Assembly: GCF_006345805.1 (NCBI RefSeq)
Contig: NW_021833584.1
Coordinates: 1 to 64,000, forward strand
DNA: 64,000 bases
Direction of reading: 5' to 3'
DNA from: Octopus sinensis
Lineage: Eukaryota
The notes beneath the pieces are model-generated. The model made no database searches and was not told where the DNA came from. It was given only the letters and a program-made list of their open reading frames with translations. Shown here piece after piece: positions 1-13,521 of this stretch. The first letter of the stretch is position 1. Every line of letters begins with the position of its first letter. A program made the translations under genes and the position numbers.

Positions 1-60
1 GGAACAAGAATGAGAGGAAAGAAAAGAAACAGAAATAAGAAGACACAAGATGACGAAGTC

Positions 61-770
61 AGCACAATCAATAATGATAATAATAATGATAATAATAATA
101 ATAATAATAATAATCTAATAATAAGAAGAGAAGAAGAAGAGAAGAGAAGAGGAAGAAGAAGAAGAAAAGGAAGAAGAAGAAGAAGAAGAAGAAGACTAAG
201 ACGAAGAGGAAAAGAAGAAGAAGAAGAAGAAGTAGAAGAAGACGAAGAGGAAGAAGAAGAAGAAGAAGAAGAAGAAGAAGACGAAGAATAAGTAAGAAGA
301 AGAAGAAGAAGAAGAGAAAAGAAGAAGAAAAGAGATGAAGAATAAGAAAAGAAGAGGAAGAAAAAGAAAAAATAACGAAGAAGAAGAAATAAGAAGAAAT
401 AAAAGAGCAAGAAGAAGAAGAAGAGGAAGAAGAAGAAGAAGAGGAAGAAGAAGAAGAAAAGGAAGAAGAAGAAGAAGAAGAAGAAGAAGAAGACGAAGAG
501 GAGAGAAGAAGAAGAAGAAGAAGAGTAGAAGAGAAGACGAAGAGAAGAAGAAAGAAGACGAAGAAGAGAAGACTAAGAAGAGTAGAAAGAAGAAGCGAAG
601 AAGAAGAGAAAAGGAAGAAGAAAAGAAGAAGAAGACGAAGAGAAAAGAAGAAGAAGAAGAAGAAGAAGACGAAGAAGAAGAAGACGGAGAAGAAGAAGAA
701 GAGCAGAAGAAGAAGAAGAAGAAGAGGAAAAAGAAGAAGAAGAAGAAGAATGATAGTAACATTGATAGCA
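61..770. repeat. (AAT)n followed by long imperfect (GAA)n microsatellite
   Basis: Direct reading; explains the poly-E/R/K/S/L ORFs at 10-919. Confidence 0.97.
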
Positions 771-1339
771 ATAATTGCTTCATTCGCCAAAACGGCCCAC
801 GTCAATAATACAAAATGCATTATGTAAAAGATGTTACAAAACAGGTGGGTATGTGCATATACGCATATATATACATATATATGTGTAGTGTGTATGTGTA
901 CATGCAGATATACATACATATATATACATATAAGTATAGTAGGTAGTTACTGACACAAACGCTAGTATGTTACAAGGGGTTAAGAATTCAATAAATTAGA
1001 AAGATGAGAGGAACTGAGCCACTCAAGTTTGACATATCGCCACAAAAACAGAAGAGAAATGGTAACATGTGATTCCAACCACCCAATGATTCGATTAATA
1101 ACAACCTGGCCTTGTGGAATTTATTTATGGGCTTTTTCGATGTTAGACGTGCCGTGAAGATACCCATATCAAACGGGCGGTGATCCCTTAAATATAAATA
1201 GTCTTTCAGAAAAGTTTTCAGATGCCTTCCTTCTTCTAAAAGCGCCTGATACAGGCCCCTTTCAGGACTTGCAATAATCAGCTTTATTCTGTTTTATGTT
1301 CACCATTAGATCATGTCAACTATTCTTTGATTCGCGTAT

Positions 1340-1544
1340 TCTTTTACATGTTCCAGCCATTTGACTGCGGCCATGCTGGAGCACCGCATTAAACGGTTTT
1401 AGTCGAAGAAATCGACCCCAGGAATTATTCTTTGTAAGCCTAGGAATTATTCTGTCGGAATCTTTTGCTGAACTGCTAGGTTACGGGGACTTAAGCCCAC
1501 CAGCACTGTTTGTCAAGCTACAAACAATACATACATACACACAC

Positions 1545-1577
<33 letters not shown>

Positions 1578-1605
1578 ACACACACACATACACACACACA
1601 CACAT

Positions 1606-1654
<49 letters not shown>

Positions 1655-1701
1655 CGGGATTCTTTCAGTTTCCGTCTACCAAATCCACTCCTAAGGCTTT
1701 G
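1340..1701 (-). mobile_element. SINE family A (CORE-like tRNA-SINE), 5'-truncated, with internal (CA)n/(TA)n
   Basis: Reverse complement of the tail GCGGTGCTCCAGCATGGCCGCAGTCAAATG and body shared with copies at 12236, 17623, 37720. Confidence 0.88.
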
Positions 1702-2041
1702 TTCTATACAAAATATGCATTTGCACTCCTACATTTTGTCCTTCTCCACAGTTTTAACATTTATCTGTCTTTATCTGTTCTAGACTCATCCTCCGATTTA
1801 CGCTCGCTTCCATGTAGCCGATCGCATTCAATAAATCACATCTCCATATACATATGGCGTAAATCTCCGTCGGACAATGCTTCCAGAGATATATAAACAT
1901 GTTCTAGATTTTATATGATAATTTCTTTTTATATTTGGATTATAAGTTCTTATGCCAAAAAATCGTCTCGTTTAATTATTATGCTATCCAGTTCTTTATT
2001 TGGTTTTATGCTTCGAAACTCATGAAAGGGGTTCGATATTA

Positions 2042-2251
2042 CTTTTCTACTCAAGGCACAAGGCCCGAAATTTTGTAGGAGGGCCCAGTCGATTAGATCG
2101 ACCCCAGTCCGCAGCTGGCACTCAATTTATCGACCACGAAAGGATGAAAAGCAAAGTCGATCTTGGCGGAATTTGAACTCAGAACGTAAAGACAGACGAA
2201 ATACCGCTTAGCATTTCACCGGGCATGCTAACGTTTCTGCCAGCTCACTGC
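2042..2251 (-). mobile_element. SINE family B (tRNA-SINE with Meta-like central domain)
   Basis: Matches the reverse complement of the copy at 30660 (GAGTTCAAATTCCGCC B-box-like motif, TTTCATCCTTTCG..GTCGATAAATT domain). Domain name is inference. Confidence 0.88.
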
Positions 2252-2297
2252 ATTAAAAGGGGGTCGATATTAAGCATCGATGATTCAATAAGTTTAA

Positions 2298-2632
2298 TCA
2301 ACGGAACAGCCTGCTCGTGAAATTAACGTGCAAGTGGCTGAGCACTCCACAGACACGCGTACCCTTAAGGTAGTTCTCGGGGAGATTCAAGGTGACACAG
2401 TGTGTGACAAGGCTGGCCCTTTGAAATACAGATACAAAAGAAACAGGAAGGAGTGACAGAAAGTTGTGGTGAAAGAGTACAGCAGGGTTCGACACCACCT
2501 TTTGCCGGAGCCTCGTGGAACTTTAGATGTTTTCGTTCAATAAACACTCACAACACCCATTTTTGGAATCGAAACCGCGAACCTTACGACCGGATGTCCG
2601 CTGCCCTAACGACTGGGCCATTGCGCCTCCAC
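2298..2632 (-). mobile_element. SINE family C (head TGTGGAGGCGCAATGG, tail type A)
   Basis: Near full-length reverse-complement match to copy at 9957-10340. Confidence 0.88.
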
Positions 2633-3307
2633 ACACATATACATACACAGTGCTTCAGTAACATATACCTTTCCAAAACCACCGCCACAACCTACTCTGT
2701 TAACCTCAAACAATACATGATTATATATATTCCAACGTCGCCGCGCAATCTGTATTGATACGAAGGTGCCACTACATATATGCATACATAGGTGTGTGTC
2801 AGTGTGTCTGTCAGTGTGCGTGTGTAATTGTATTTAGTTCGAAACATTTAGTTCCATCTCATGCACTTCCTTTCGTAAATTACTTTCGTGACCCAGTTTC
2901 TCTAATACACCGATAACAATATATCTTCCTTCCATTCAATTTGATTTCAATCATATTTTTTTTCTTTCTTTACCGTGCTTAAGTAAAATGGAATCCATGC
3001 TTATCTCAACAATGATACGACTACTGGGTACCTCACACTCCGATATTGCTTGCTTAGAAATTACATTCAATAAAGCAGAATCACACAGAAGCGCGCAGAG
3101 AAGACATTCTGACAATAACCGATGTACACTGAGCTGCATGTTGCAGAAAGTGAGAGCACGCAAGAGAAAACAAAATGAAGGGAATAGTAACGATGTTATT
3201 AATCATCATCACCATCATCATCATTATTATTATTATTGGAATTCACTTAGATATTTCTTTGCTTGTTTTGTTACTTAGTATGAGGTTTTTACTATTATTG
3301 TTATTAT

Positions 3308-3975
<668 letters not shown>

Positions 3976-4949
3976 TGAGCAGGATCAGCCGTGCATTTTC
4001 CGTTCGTTATTATTGCATAAATTTGTGTAACAAGCGAGTAACTATAATATCGTGAATAGTGATATGAATACTTTCCTATACTTACCACAGCAAGAGAAAG
4101 GCATGTGGGAAGTTAAATGGATTAAATGAAAAACCTTTGAGCAATTCAGATGAGGAGTTAAGCAAAATATTTAAGTTGATGTCAAGAAAGTGATGAAAGA
4201 CGAAAAGATATTTCATTAACTAAGATAAGTTACCTAATAACTATAATATTTCGGGAAAAATTCCCCTTTCCAAACAGAATAAAGGAAATGAAATAGTTTG
4301 GAGAACGGTATTTTTCCGGATAGAAATTCAAGTGTTATAAATATGTACCTGTACTGTTGAGATTAAATGATAAATTTAATAGTTATTTTAGCATTATAAT
4401 TAGAAGTTAATTTTCTTCTAAATCAATTTGTAATTGAAGTTAAATTGAAAATAATCGAGAGTTAGTCACGATAACTACGTTTGTCACATGCACATGATAT
4501 ATTACTGTATAACGTGCCAAAAAGTGGAATTCTATGCAGTATTTTTTTCCTCGTAAAGATAGCTAGAATTTCTCAAATCAAACCTAATTATGCTTAGCGG
4601 AAGAACTCGATAGTGTGTCCTTAGGTGTATTTATTATATACTTGAACGAAGGTATCTGCTAAACAAGGAAAGCAACAACAAATGGTAGCATATCTTTCAA
4701 GGATTTGGTGACACTCGCTGCAGGTAACAGCTTAAATCTAAATGCACACAACAGGAAGAGAATATAAAATATAGCCACGAGGTATAAATATAGTAAATAT
4801 TACAATTAATGCATTCAGGTACGGTTGTTTGTTTAAGACGTTAGTGCTGCAAACTCTCAGTCTAAGTTCGAATACACTGCAAGGTACATTTATTAAAATG
4901 ATTCCTATACAACTAAGACGACTGAGATAGTTCTGAGTCATTATTAGCC

Positions 4950-5450
4950 TAGGACATTATTTAAGAGTACGACCTCAAGTAGTCTTTTAAGTCATATTTC
5001 ACAACGTCATAACCTACACAACTCGGGAGATGTTACTTGTAGGAGTGTATCCGGGTTCGGTCTGTCATTGAATTTCTCTGAATATGTCCAGGTACCGTTT
5101 GTATGTAAGAGTGTCATGTTCTTTGTCGTGCAATTTTTGGAATAATGTTATATAAAGCAGGACCAGTAGATATAAAAAAATATTTTCCTGTAACGTAAGC
5201 TCAGCTATGGCTCGGGACAATATATGGCAATAAGGACGAAGCTATGGATAACATGAGAAATTAATACCGGCATCGCTAGGACAATGGATGGAAGATTTTT
5301 CTGCAATGTCCAAATACGAGGTAGGACCCATTGCATTGTTCAAGAGTATAAAGATTCAGTTTTTTGTGGAGGTCTTTCATCATCGAGGCTAAGACCTGTC
5401 ACACAATTTAATTTGCTTGTGATTCCTTTGTGTTCTTATCCATTCTATTA
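4950..5450 (+). pseudogene. Possible highly decayed Penelope-type RT remnant
   Basis: Fragments RSVSGFG..FSEYV..PFV, NVSS and MDGRFF..QIRG loosely echo Penelope RT motifs in the right order, but many stops/frameshifts. Confidence 0.25.
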
Positions 5451-5700
5451 CATCATAAATGCCTTACCGACATAGTCCACTATCAATCTCATTGGAGTGT
5501 TTGGTAATTTGGTAATATAGAAGCACATTCTAGTTGCATATATGATCACAAGCCTCCGTTTGAATAGACGACGAGTTTCAAAGCTGTACCTAAGAACACA
5601 CACTGCACCAAATGTACTGCCCTTAGTAGACTGCAGATCCACGCTAACTACAGTTTCCGAGTAAGGTCAATAATAAACAAAAAACAGCAGATGGAAATTG

Positions 5701-5790
5701 GTTTATTAACTACAGCTGTTTCAAACGAGTTTCTCTTATTGATGAATTGAGAAATTACAGCATGCAGGCAATCCGTTTTCATCAGATGAA
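5701..5790 (-). ncRNA. Hammerhead ribozyme-like motif (type I, long stem II loop)
   Basis: Minus strand: CTGATGA (5785-5779), stem II AAACGG/TCGTTT with 44-nt loop, GAAAC-AGCT-GTA; stem I imperfect. Confidence 0.55.
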
Positions 5791-6015
5791 TATACATGAA
5801 ATAAGAATTAAAAAAAAAAAAAAAACTTTCGAAGAATCACCATTATGTACCACTTCTTGATTCTGGACTAGCTCTTTTTTAATGCTTAGGTTGTGTATAT
5901 TAGCCTAATGAAAACGTTTTTTTCCCATGATTTAATAAGTATATTCATCAAGGAAGAACTCATTTGAAACAAGTGTAGTGAATGAACCAATATCCACCTG
6001 TTGTTATTTGTTTTC

Positions 6016-6054
<39 letters not shown>

Positions 6055-6176
6055 CGTGTGTGAGTTTGTGTATCTATACATACACATTTATTCATATACA
6101 TATAAATACATGTATGTATGTATGCATATATAGATTTTAGATATATACATAGATATCGATATAACACCACATGTAG

Positions 6177-6209
<33 letters not shown>

Positions 6210-6293
6210 ATGTGTGTGTGTGTGTGTGTATAATTTTTTGTGTAATGAGATAAAAAACCAAGGTTGTGTAGAATTTAGAATTTATAGCTAGAA

Positions 6294-6343
6294 GGTCTTA
6301 CAGCTGTTTCCAGGATATTTATTATATCCCTTCAACGGAGGCG
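6294..6343 (-). ncRNA. Degenerate hammerhead-like motif
   Basis: Minus strand: CCGTTGA-A-GGGATAT aataa ATATCCT-G-GAAAC-AGCT-GTA; two core substitutions and weak stem I. Confidence 0.35.
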
Positions 6344-7395
6344 GTGTGAGGGGATGGTTAAGAAATAATTGATTTAAATAAAATATAAAATAGAGAGTGG
6401 GGTGGAGGAAATGAAAAAAAATAATTGTGAGGTATGTAGGGATATTGCATTTGTAGATCCATTTTTTAGGCAGAATGTTATACATATATATATATATATA
6501 TATATATTCTCCCTCTCTCTCTGTATATGTATGTATGTATGTATGTGTGTGCGTGTGTGTATGTATGTATGTATGTATGTATGTAGGTGTGTGTGTATGT
6601 ATGTATGTGTGTATGTATGTGTGTATGTATGTATGTATGTATGTATGCATGCATTTATGTATGTATGTATGTATGTATACATAATATCTTTGAGGTATAT
6701 AGTATATGGGAATATGTATGTATGTGCCAGAGAGGAGGAGAGACAGAAAAATAAATGGTTTGTAAAATATGTAGTATATAGATTACAGAATTTAATTACT
6801 AATGTAACAGAATGCTAAAATGCCACCTATTGTCTCCAACACGCATACAACCAATAACCCCCCCCACACACGCACACACATACATACACACGCTCACACG
6901 CACATGCACACACGGGTGCACACCCTTTAAAGAGAATACCGAAGATTATCACAACGGAATTCCGTAATATTTAATAACCGTTTAATCCATATTGTACAAG
7001 ATAGTAACAGTGAAAGGGTGTATTTAATCATAATACTTCGAGCATAATTGCACCGAATCTAACGTTTCCGTTACATTCGGTGCAGTTGGAGATATATTAT
7101 TTAAGCAGTATCTACGTTGTATGAATGGACTAATTCATAACATTGCCAGTTCAACTGCAAAAACCGTTAAGTACATCTTATTATGTGCAATCGGTGTTAT
7201 CTCTAGTGGAAGCCAGTGTTTCGTTAACACTTTTCCTTGTATCTTCTCTCGACAGCCTGCCCCCCAAAAATATATGTAATAAAAAAAAATGGCGATAAAA
7301 ATACTTCGCTCAAATAACGTGTTCACAGACATGTGAGTTTTATCATTGTACTGGAGTGCTAACTAGAAACACCTACTGCGTAAACACACATACAT

Positions 7396-7484
<89 letters not shown>

Positions 7485-7487
<3 letters not shown>

Positions 7488-8254
7488 TGCGTGACCTGGG
7501 CATTGACATGAGCAATGATGCATCTTTCCAAATGCATATTGCTAATCTGGTGATAAAATGCAGACGGCTAGCTGGATGGATTCTCCGAACTTTCAGAACA
7601 AGAGAGAAGGAGACACTGATGGTCCTATGGAAAACATTTGTCCTCAGCCGCTTGGACTACTGCTCCCAACTTTGGTCACCACACAATATAAAACAAACAG
7701 CAGAACTCGAAGCAACTCAGAGAAGCTACACAACGAAAATCGTCTCAATGCAAAATGTCAGTTACTGGGAAAGACTGAAGGTATTAAACCTCTTCTCCCT
7801 GGAGCGGAGGCGGGAGAGATATGCAGTAATATACATCTGGAAAATCCTGGAGGGTCTTATCCCAAACTTTGGCATTCAAAGTTACTCCAACCGCAGAACG
7901 GGGCGCCGCTGCGTGGTTGCCAAGGATTCCAACATCACCATCAAAATACAGGTCCAGATACTGCAACAGCTTGGGTTTCAGAGGACCACAGCTTTTCAAC
8001 ATCCTCCCTAAATGCCTGAGAGATTTACATGGTGTGGATGTGGGTTTCTTTAAAACTAAACTGGATCTCTTCTTGTTGGAAGTCCCAGATGAAGCTACCT
8101 CACGACAGGAGACGCGGATGCGGGCAGCAGCATCGAACTCCCTGTTGATCAAGTGCCACGTATCAGAGGGGATTCACAAACTAGTGTGGCTCATTCAGCG
8201 GTGGTGCCCCAGCATGGCCGCGGCCTTCGGGCTAAAACATTTTTAAGGATTTAA

Positions 8255-8257
<3 letters not shown>
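7485..8257 (+). mobile_element. CR1/L2-group LINE, 5'-truncated; RT C-terminal region with one frameshift near 7920 and intact 3' end
   Basis: VRDLG..., LSRLDYCSQLWSP, YWERLKVLNLFSLERRRERY..IWKILEGLIPN, GPQLFNILP, FKTKLDLFL..VPD, RAAASNSL are typical of CR1/L2-type ORF2; ends in TTTAAGGA repeats; flanked by (TA)n both sides. Confidence 0.9.
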
Positions 8258-8300
<43 letters not shown>

Positions 8301-8472
8301 GTATAAGCGTGTGTACATATATACATACACACACATACATATATATAATTACATATATGTATATATGCATACATACATGCATACATAAATGTGTGTGTAT
8401 ACATGTAACATGTATGCATGCAAGTATTTCTAAAAACTGTATTCATATAAATGCATGTGCGTAACGTATATA

Positions 8473-8524
<52 letters not shown>

Positions 8525-8620
8525 GTATGTATGTATATATGCACATATATATACATATATATATATACATATATATATATGCATATATATATGTATATAT
8601 ATGTATATATATGTGCATAT

Positions 8621-8666
<46 letters not shown>

Positions 8667-8830
8667 GCACATATATATACATATATATATATATACATAT
8701 ATATACATATATATATGTTTATAGCATATATATATGTATATATATATATGTCTTTCTCTCTCTTTCTCTCTCTCCATATATATATACACACATACATACA
8801 CACGCGCGTACACACATATATGTATAACAA
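8258..8830. repeat. Compound (TA)n/(CA)n low-complexity tract
   Basis: Direct reading. Confidence 0.95.
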
Positions 8831-9956
8831 ATATATCTGAATGTTTCTGTAACAATGGAGTTTATCTCAAATCACACACATGCGCACAAACTCTTATTCT
8901 CTCCCACATAAACACTCACTCGCACACACTCACACACAGCTGTATATCTGCGTCTATTCAAACACAAAGAACAAAATAATAAGAAATATTTCAGAAATGA
9001 CGTTACTCTATCAAAACTGATTTTCCATTGTCATTGTCATATTTTGGGTTAATCTCTGAGCAACATGGCGGACTTGATGTGACAAGATCAGCAGGTCACT
9101 GCACTAAAGTATATATAGGGCGGAAATTACTTTTGAGTTATACTTTTTGATTCATCCTGAACCGAGTTCAATCTGCACCGACCTCCACTTTATAACAATA
9201 AGTTCATTTATGCCAAAACAATTCTGTTTACCTCCAGCATCTAGTATACTCGGTGCTGTCCCAGGAATTTTTTGAAGGGAGGGCACAAGGTTAGAAGGGG
9301 ATAAAAGGACGGAATAACATAACATAGAAGGGCGCACGTACCCTTCAGAACGGCCCACGACCTTGGGTCCGCCCTTGTATAGTATGTTGACCGTTCACTT
9401 ACTGGTTCTATAATTTTATATATGATTAAGTTCACTGATGAAGAGAAAATAATTTCGGGACAATTCAGCACTGCTCTTGTCCAGTAAAATGTAAATAACC
9501 CTGTCAAAATTTGTCACAATGCTAGTAATTTTGATGCGAGTCTGAAAGGGATTTCATCAGACCCAGTGCGCAACTGGTACTTTTTTATGCGCGGCCAAAT
9601 GTAACAGGTCAAGAAGACATCAGGAAATTTGAACGCAGGACGTAAAGCCGGAACAAATGTCGCTATACATTTTATATTCTTCATCGACAAATTATTCGAA
9701 AACGGCGCCGAATTTATGGTGACCGAAAGATTGTCTCGTTTCTATTCCCTGCGACATGAGCTCCAATCCCTTTAAAGTAAACTTTAAGTTTAATCATCTT
9801 ACTATTAATTGATATAGTGTCAATCGGATATTTTAACTCTTGTTAACCGATTCCGGTCTTTACAAAGATTCCGGTCTGTGTTCCAAAAGTGATGCTTGAT
9901 TTTACTTTTATTCTTGACACTTTATTCTTGATACCTTTATTCAATAGACTTGATGT

Positions 9957-10340
9957 TGTGGAGGCACAATGACCCAGTGGTTAGGGCAGCGGACTCGCGG
10001 TCGTAGGATCACGGTTTCGATTCCCAGACCGGGCCTTGTGAGTGTTTATAGAGAGAAAACACCTAAAAGTTCCACGAGGCTCCGGTAGAAAGTGGTGACA
10101 AACCTTGCTGTACTCTTTCACCACAACTTCCTCTCACTCTTTCTTCTTGTTTCTGTTGTACCTATATTTCAAAGGGCCAGCCTTGTCACACTCTGTGTAA
10201 CGCTGAATCTCACCCGAGAACTACGTTAAGGGTACACGTATTAACGTGGAGTGCGCAACCACTTGCACGTTAATTTCACGAGAAGGCTGTTCCGTTGATC
10301 GTATCAACTGTAACCCTCGTCGTCTTAACCGACGGAGTAC
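9957..10340 (+). mobile_element. SINE family C, full length, tail type A
   Basis: tRNA-like head with A-box-like (TGACCCAGTGG) and B-box-like (GGTTTCGATTCCC) motifs; homologous to 2298-2632, 28096, 29568. Confidence 0.9.
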
Positions 10341-10814
10341 CACGAGACTTCATGTATTTTTCTACAGGAATGAGGGACAACTTACACGACATCAACAACT
10401 GACTATTTGAGTATATTTTTTACTCACATGCAACAGTCACCTGCTCCTGTAGCCATCTGCTTATTCTGCTTCTAATGTTCAGAAATTGAATATCAGATAT
10501 GTTTATATTAATAGTATTCCTAGCGGTGCATATCCATTGAGTCTCAATTTGTTACGCTCCAGTTCATTGCTACGACATTGAGAGTTACAAACTGCTACTT
10601 GTGTTAAATGGAATCGCTTTACATTGACATCAATTTGCGGCACGCTGGTATGTCATTCCAAACAGATTGAAAAACATTGCATTAGCACTTAACACTCTTT
10701 TCTACTCTGTGAAAAACATTTTCTATTTTCTTTGAAACGCCTTTTAAAAACGTTGTTTTGCTCTTATCCCAAACTCAAACAAAATCAGAAATAAGATTTA
10801 GACAGTGACTGCAT

Positions 10815-11760
10815 TATTTGTTCCTCATAGACTAGAAATAATTTGTTCCACTTTGTCCCTCGTAGACAACAAATAATTTGTCCCAATTTGTCCCTCAAAG
10901 ACTACAAATAATTTGTCCCAATTTGTCCCTCATAGACTACAAATAATTTATCCCAATTTGTCTCTCAAAGACTACAAATAATTTGACCCAATTTGCCCCT
11001 CATAGACTACAAATAATTTGTCCCAATTTGTCTCTCATAGACTACAAATAATTTATCCCAATTTGTCCCTCATAGACTACAAATAATTTGACCCAATTTG
11101 CCCCTCATAGACTACAAATAATTTGACCCAATTTGCCCCTCATAGACTACAAATAATTTATCCCAATTTGTCCCTCATAGACTACAAATAATTTGTCCCA
11201 ATTTGTCCCTCATAGACTACAAATAATTTGTCCCTCATAGGCTGCAAATAATTTGACCCAATTTGCCCCTCATAGACTACAAATAATTTATCCCAATTTG
11301 TCCCTCATAGACTACAAATAATTTGACCCAATTTGCCCCTCATAGACTACAAATAATTTATCCCAATTTGTCCCTCATAGACTACAAATAATTTGACCCA
11401 ATTTGCCCCTCATAGACTACAAATAATTTGACCCAATTTGCCCCTCATAGACTACAAATAATTTATCCCAATTTGCCCCTCATAGACTACAAATAATTTA
11501 TCCCAATTTGTCTCTCAAAGACTACAAATAATTTGTCCCAATTTGTCCCTCATAGACTACAAATAATTTGACCCAATTTGCCCCTCATAGACTACAAATA
11601 ATTTGACCCAATTTGCCCCTCATAGACTACAAATAATTTGTCCCAATTTGCCCCTCATAGACTACAAATAATTTATCCCAATTTGTCTCTCAAAGACTAC
11701 AAATAATTTGACCCAATTTGTCCCTCATAGGCTGCAAATAATTTGACCCAATTTGTCCCA
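10815..11760. repeat. 35-bp minisatellite, about 27 units, consensus CATAGACTACAAATAATTTGTCCCAATTTGTCCCT
   Basis: Period counted directly (ACTAC at 11041 and 11076); no spacers. Confidence 0.97.
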
Positions 11761-12235
11761 GCACACTTACTCATATTTTTCTGATTATATGCGTTTTATT
11801 CAAAGAATGTTTCCATGTGTTCACTAATACTGATAGTAAGGGATAGAAAATTCCTACTTACAAAGAATCTACGCAGCTACAAAGCCCTGCTCCTAATTAT
11901 TCGAGTACATTTATTACTTCAGTTTAAAATTATAGCAAGATCAACTTTTCTTTCTTCTCTGGTTTATGGTAAAATTAAACTGAAAAAAAAAAAAAATGCC
12001 TGAACATAGAGCAACGTAATTGATTAAATCGTTTCCGCCACAAGCAAGTGATAAAGAAAAGAAGCTGTCTTTTGATTATGGCGTAGAGCATTATCCATTC
12101 CTAGCACACACAGACGCAGATACGGCAGTGTAATAAATTTTGCTTCGCTGTCGTCTGGTTTCCTCTTGATTCCTTTAGCTGAACGTCACCTTGTGCAAGT
12201 GTTTTGTTACTAGATTCCCGAGGTTGACTAATATT

Positions 12236-12401
12236 GTGTGAAGTGTAGTAAGTAGCTTGCTTAGCAGCCACATGATTTCGGGTTCAGTTCCACTGCGTGG
12301 CAACTTGGGCGAGTGTCTTCTGCTATAGCCTCGGGCCTACCAAAGCCTTGTGAATGGATTTGGTAGACGGAAACTAAAAGAAGTCCGTCTTATATATATA
12401 C

Positions 12402-12441
<40 letters not shown>

Positions 12442-12680
12442 TGTGTGTGTGTGAGTGTGTGTGTGTGTGTGTATGTATATGCTTGTGTGTCTGGGTTTGT
12501 CTCCCAGCATCGCTTGAGAACAGATGCTTGTAGTGTTTATGTTCCCGTAACTTAGCTGTTCGGCAAGAGAGACCGATAGAATAAGTACTAGGCATACAAA
12601 GAATAAGTCCGAGTCGATTTGCTCGACTAAAGCGCTGCTCCAACATGGCCACACTCAAATGACTGAAACAAATAAAAGAA
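12236..12680 (+). mobile_element. SINE family A, near full length
   Basis: Head, ACTTGGGCGAGTGTCTTCT CORE-like segment, central TA/TG tract, tail CAAATGACTGAAACA. Confidence 0.9.
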
Positions 12681-12778
12681 AAAAATTGACGTACAATGCG
12701 TAGAAGACTGAATATAATATATAATAATATATATATCCATATATATATACAATATATATATGTATTATATATTATATC

Positions 12779-12810
<32 letters not shown>

Positions 12811-13323
12811 ATTATATTATATATATATATATATATATATATTATTATATATATATATATATATATACATATTACATAACATCATACACACACATAAATG
12901 AATACACACACAAACACACACATATATATTTGAAAATGATTGAAAATGTCTTTCAGATTATTTGTTCCATTTTAATAATTCAATATTTACAAGTTTGTTC
13001 ACTTATAAACCTCTAATTATTAAAGTGGGAAAATTATCTCTAAAAGTTATTTCTGTTCATTTTCTTCATATATATATAATACTGTATAAAAGATTTTCTT
13101 TTCCTTATTCTACTATACATAGGCGCAGGCGTGGCCAGGCGCTGGTGTGTCCATATGGTAAGACACCGATTCACAGAAAACAGAGAAATCCTAAATTTTA
13201 CTCCTAAGCTATTAACGTGATGCTCGGTGCATATATATATATATTTTTTTTTTTTCTCTCTCTAGTTTCAGCTCATAGCTGCGGCCATGCTGAATGTAGA
13301 ATATGTACACATATATATATATG

Positions 13324-13360
<37 letters not shown>

Positions 13361-13477
13361 TAATAAAAGGAATTCCAACCTTGTCTGATTTTCACGTTTT
13401 ATTTACAATCTTATAATGATATAATACTAGATAATAGAATATAATAAAATATTAGAATGTTAAATGTTCATTCTGAT

Positions 13478-13521
13478 TGAACTGGTACTTTCATGCTTAA
13501 ATTCTGCAATCTTCAGGTTCA
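13478..13521 (-). ncRNA. Degenerate hammerhead-like motif in the 3' region of a Penelope remnant
   Basis: Minus strand: stem I TGAAC/GTTCA, CTGAAGA, weak stem II TGC/GCA, GAAA-GTACCA (U16.1 replaced). Confidence 0.35.

Noticed and set aside
10-919. Long charged or hydrophobic ORFs here and similar ones at 18490, 19240, 32567, 47083, 49733, 51109, 58581, 60038
   Set aside because: Pure translations of tri- and tetranucleotide microsatellites, open in several frames and both strands.
9957-10030. tRNA genes at SINE heads
   Set aside because: Box A/B-like motifs continue into SINE bodies; no complete cloverleaf with acceptor stem.
10815-11760. CRISPR-like array (35-bp repeat)
   Set aside because: Head-to-tail units with no unique spacers, no cas genes, eukaryotic context.
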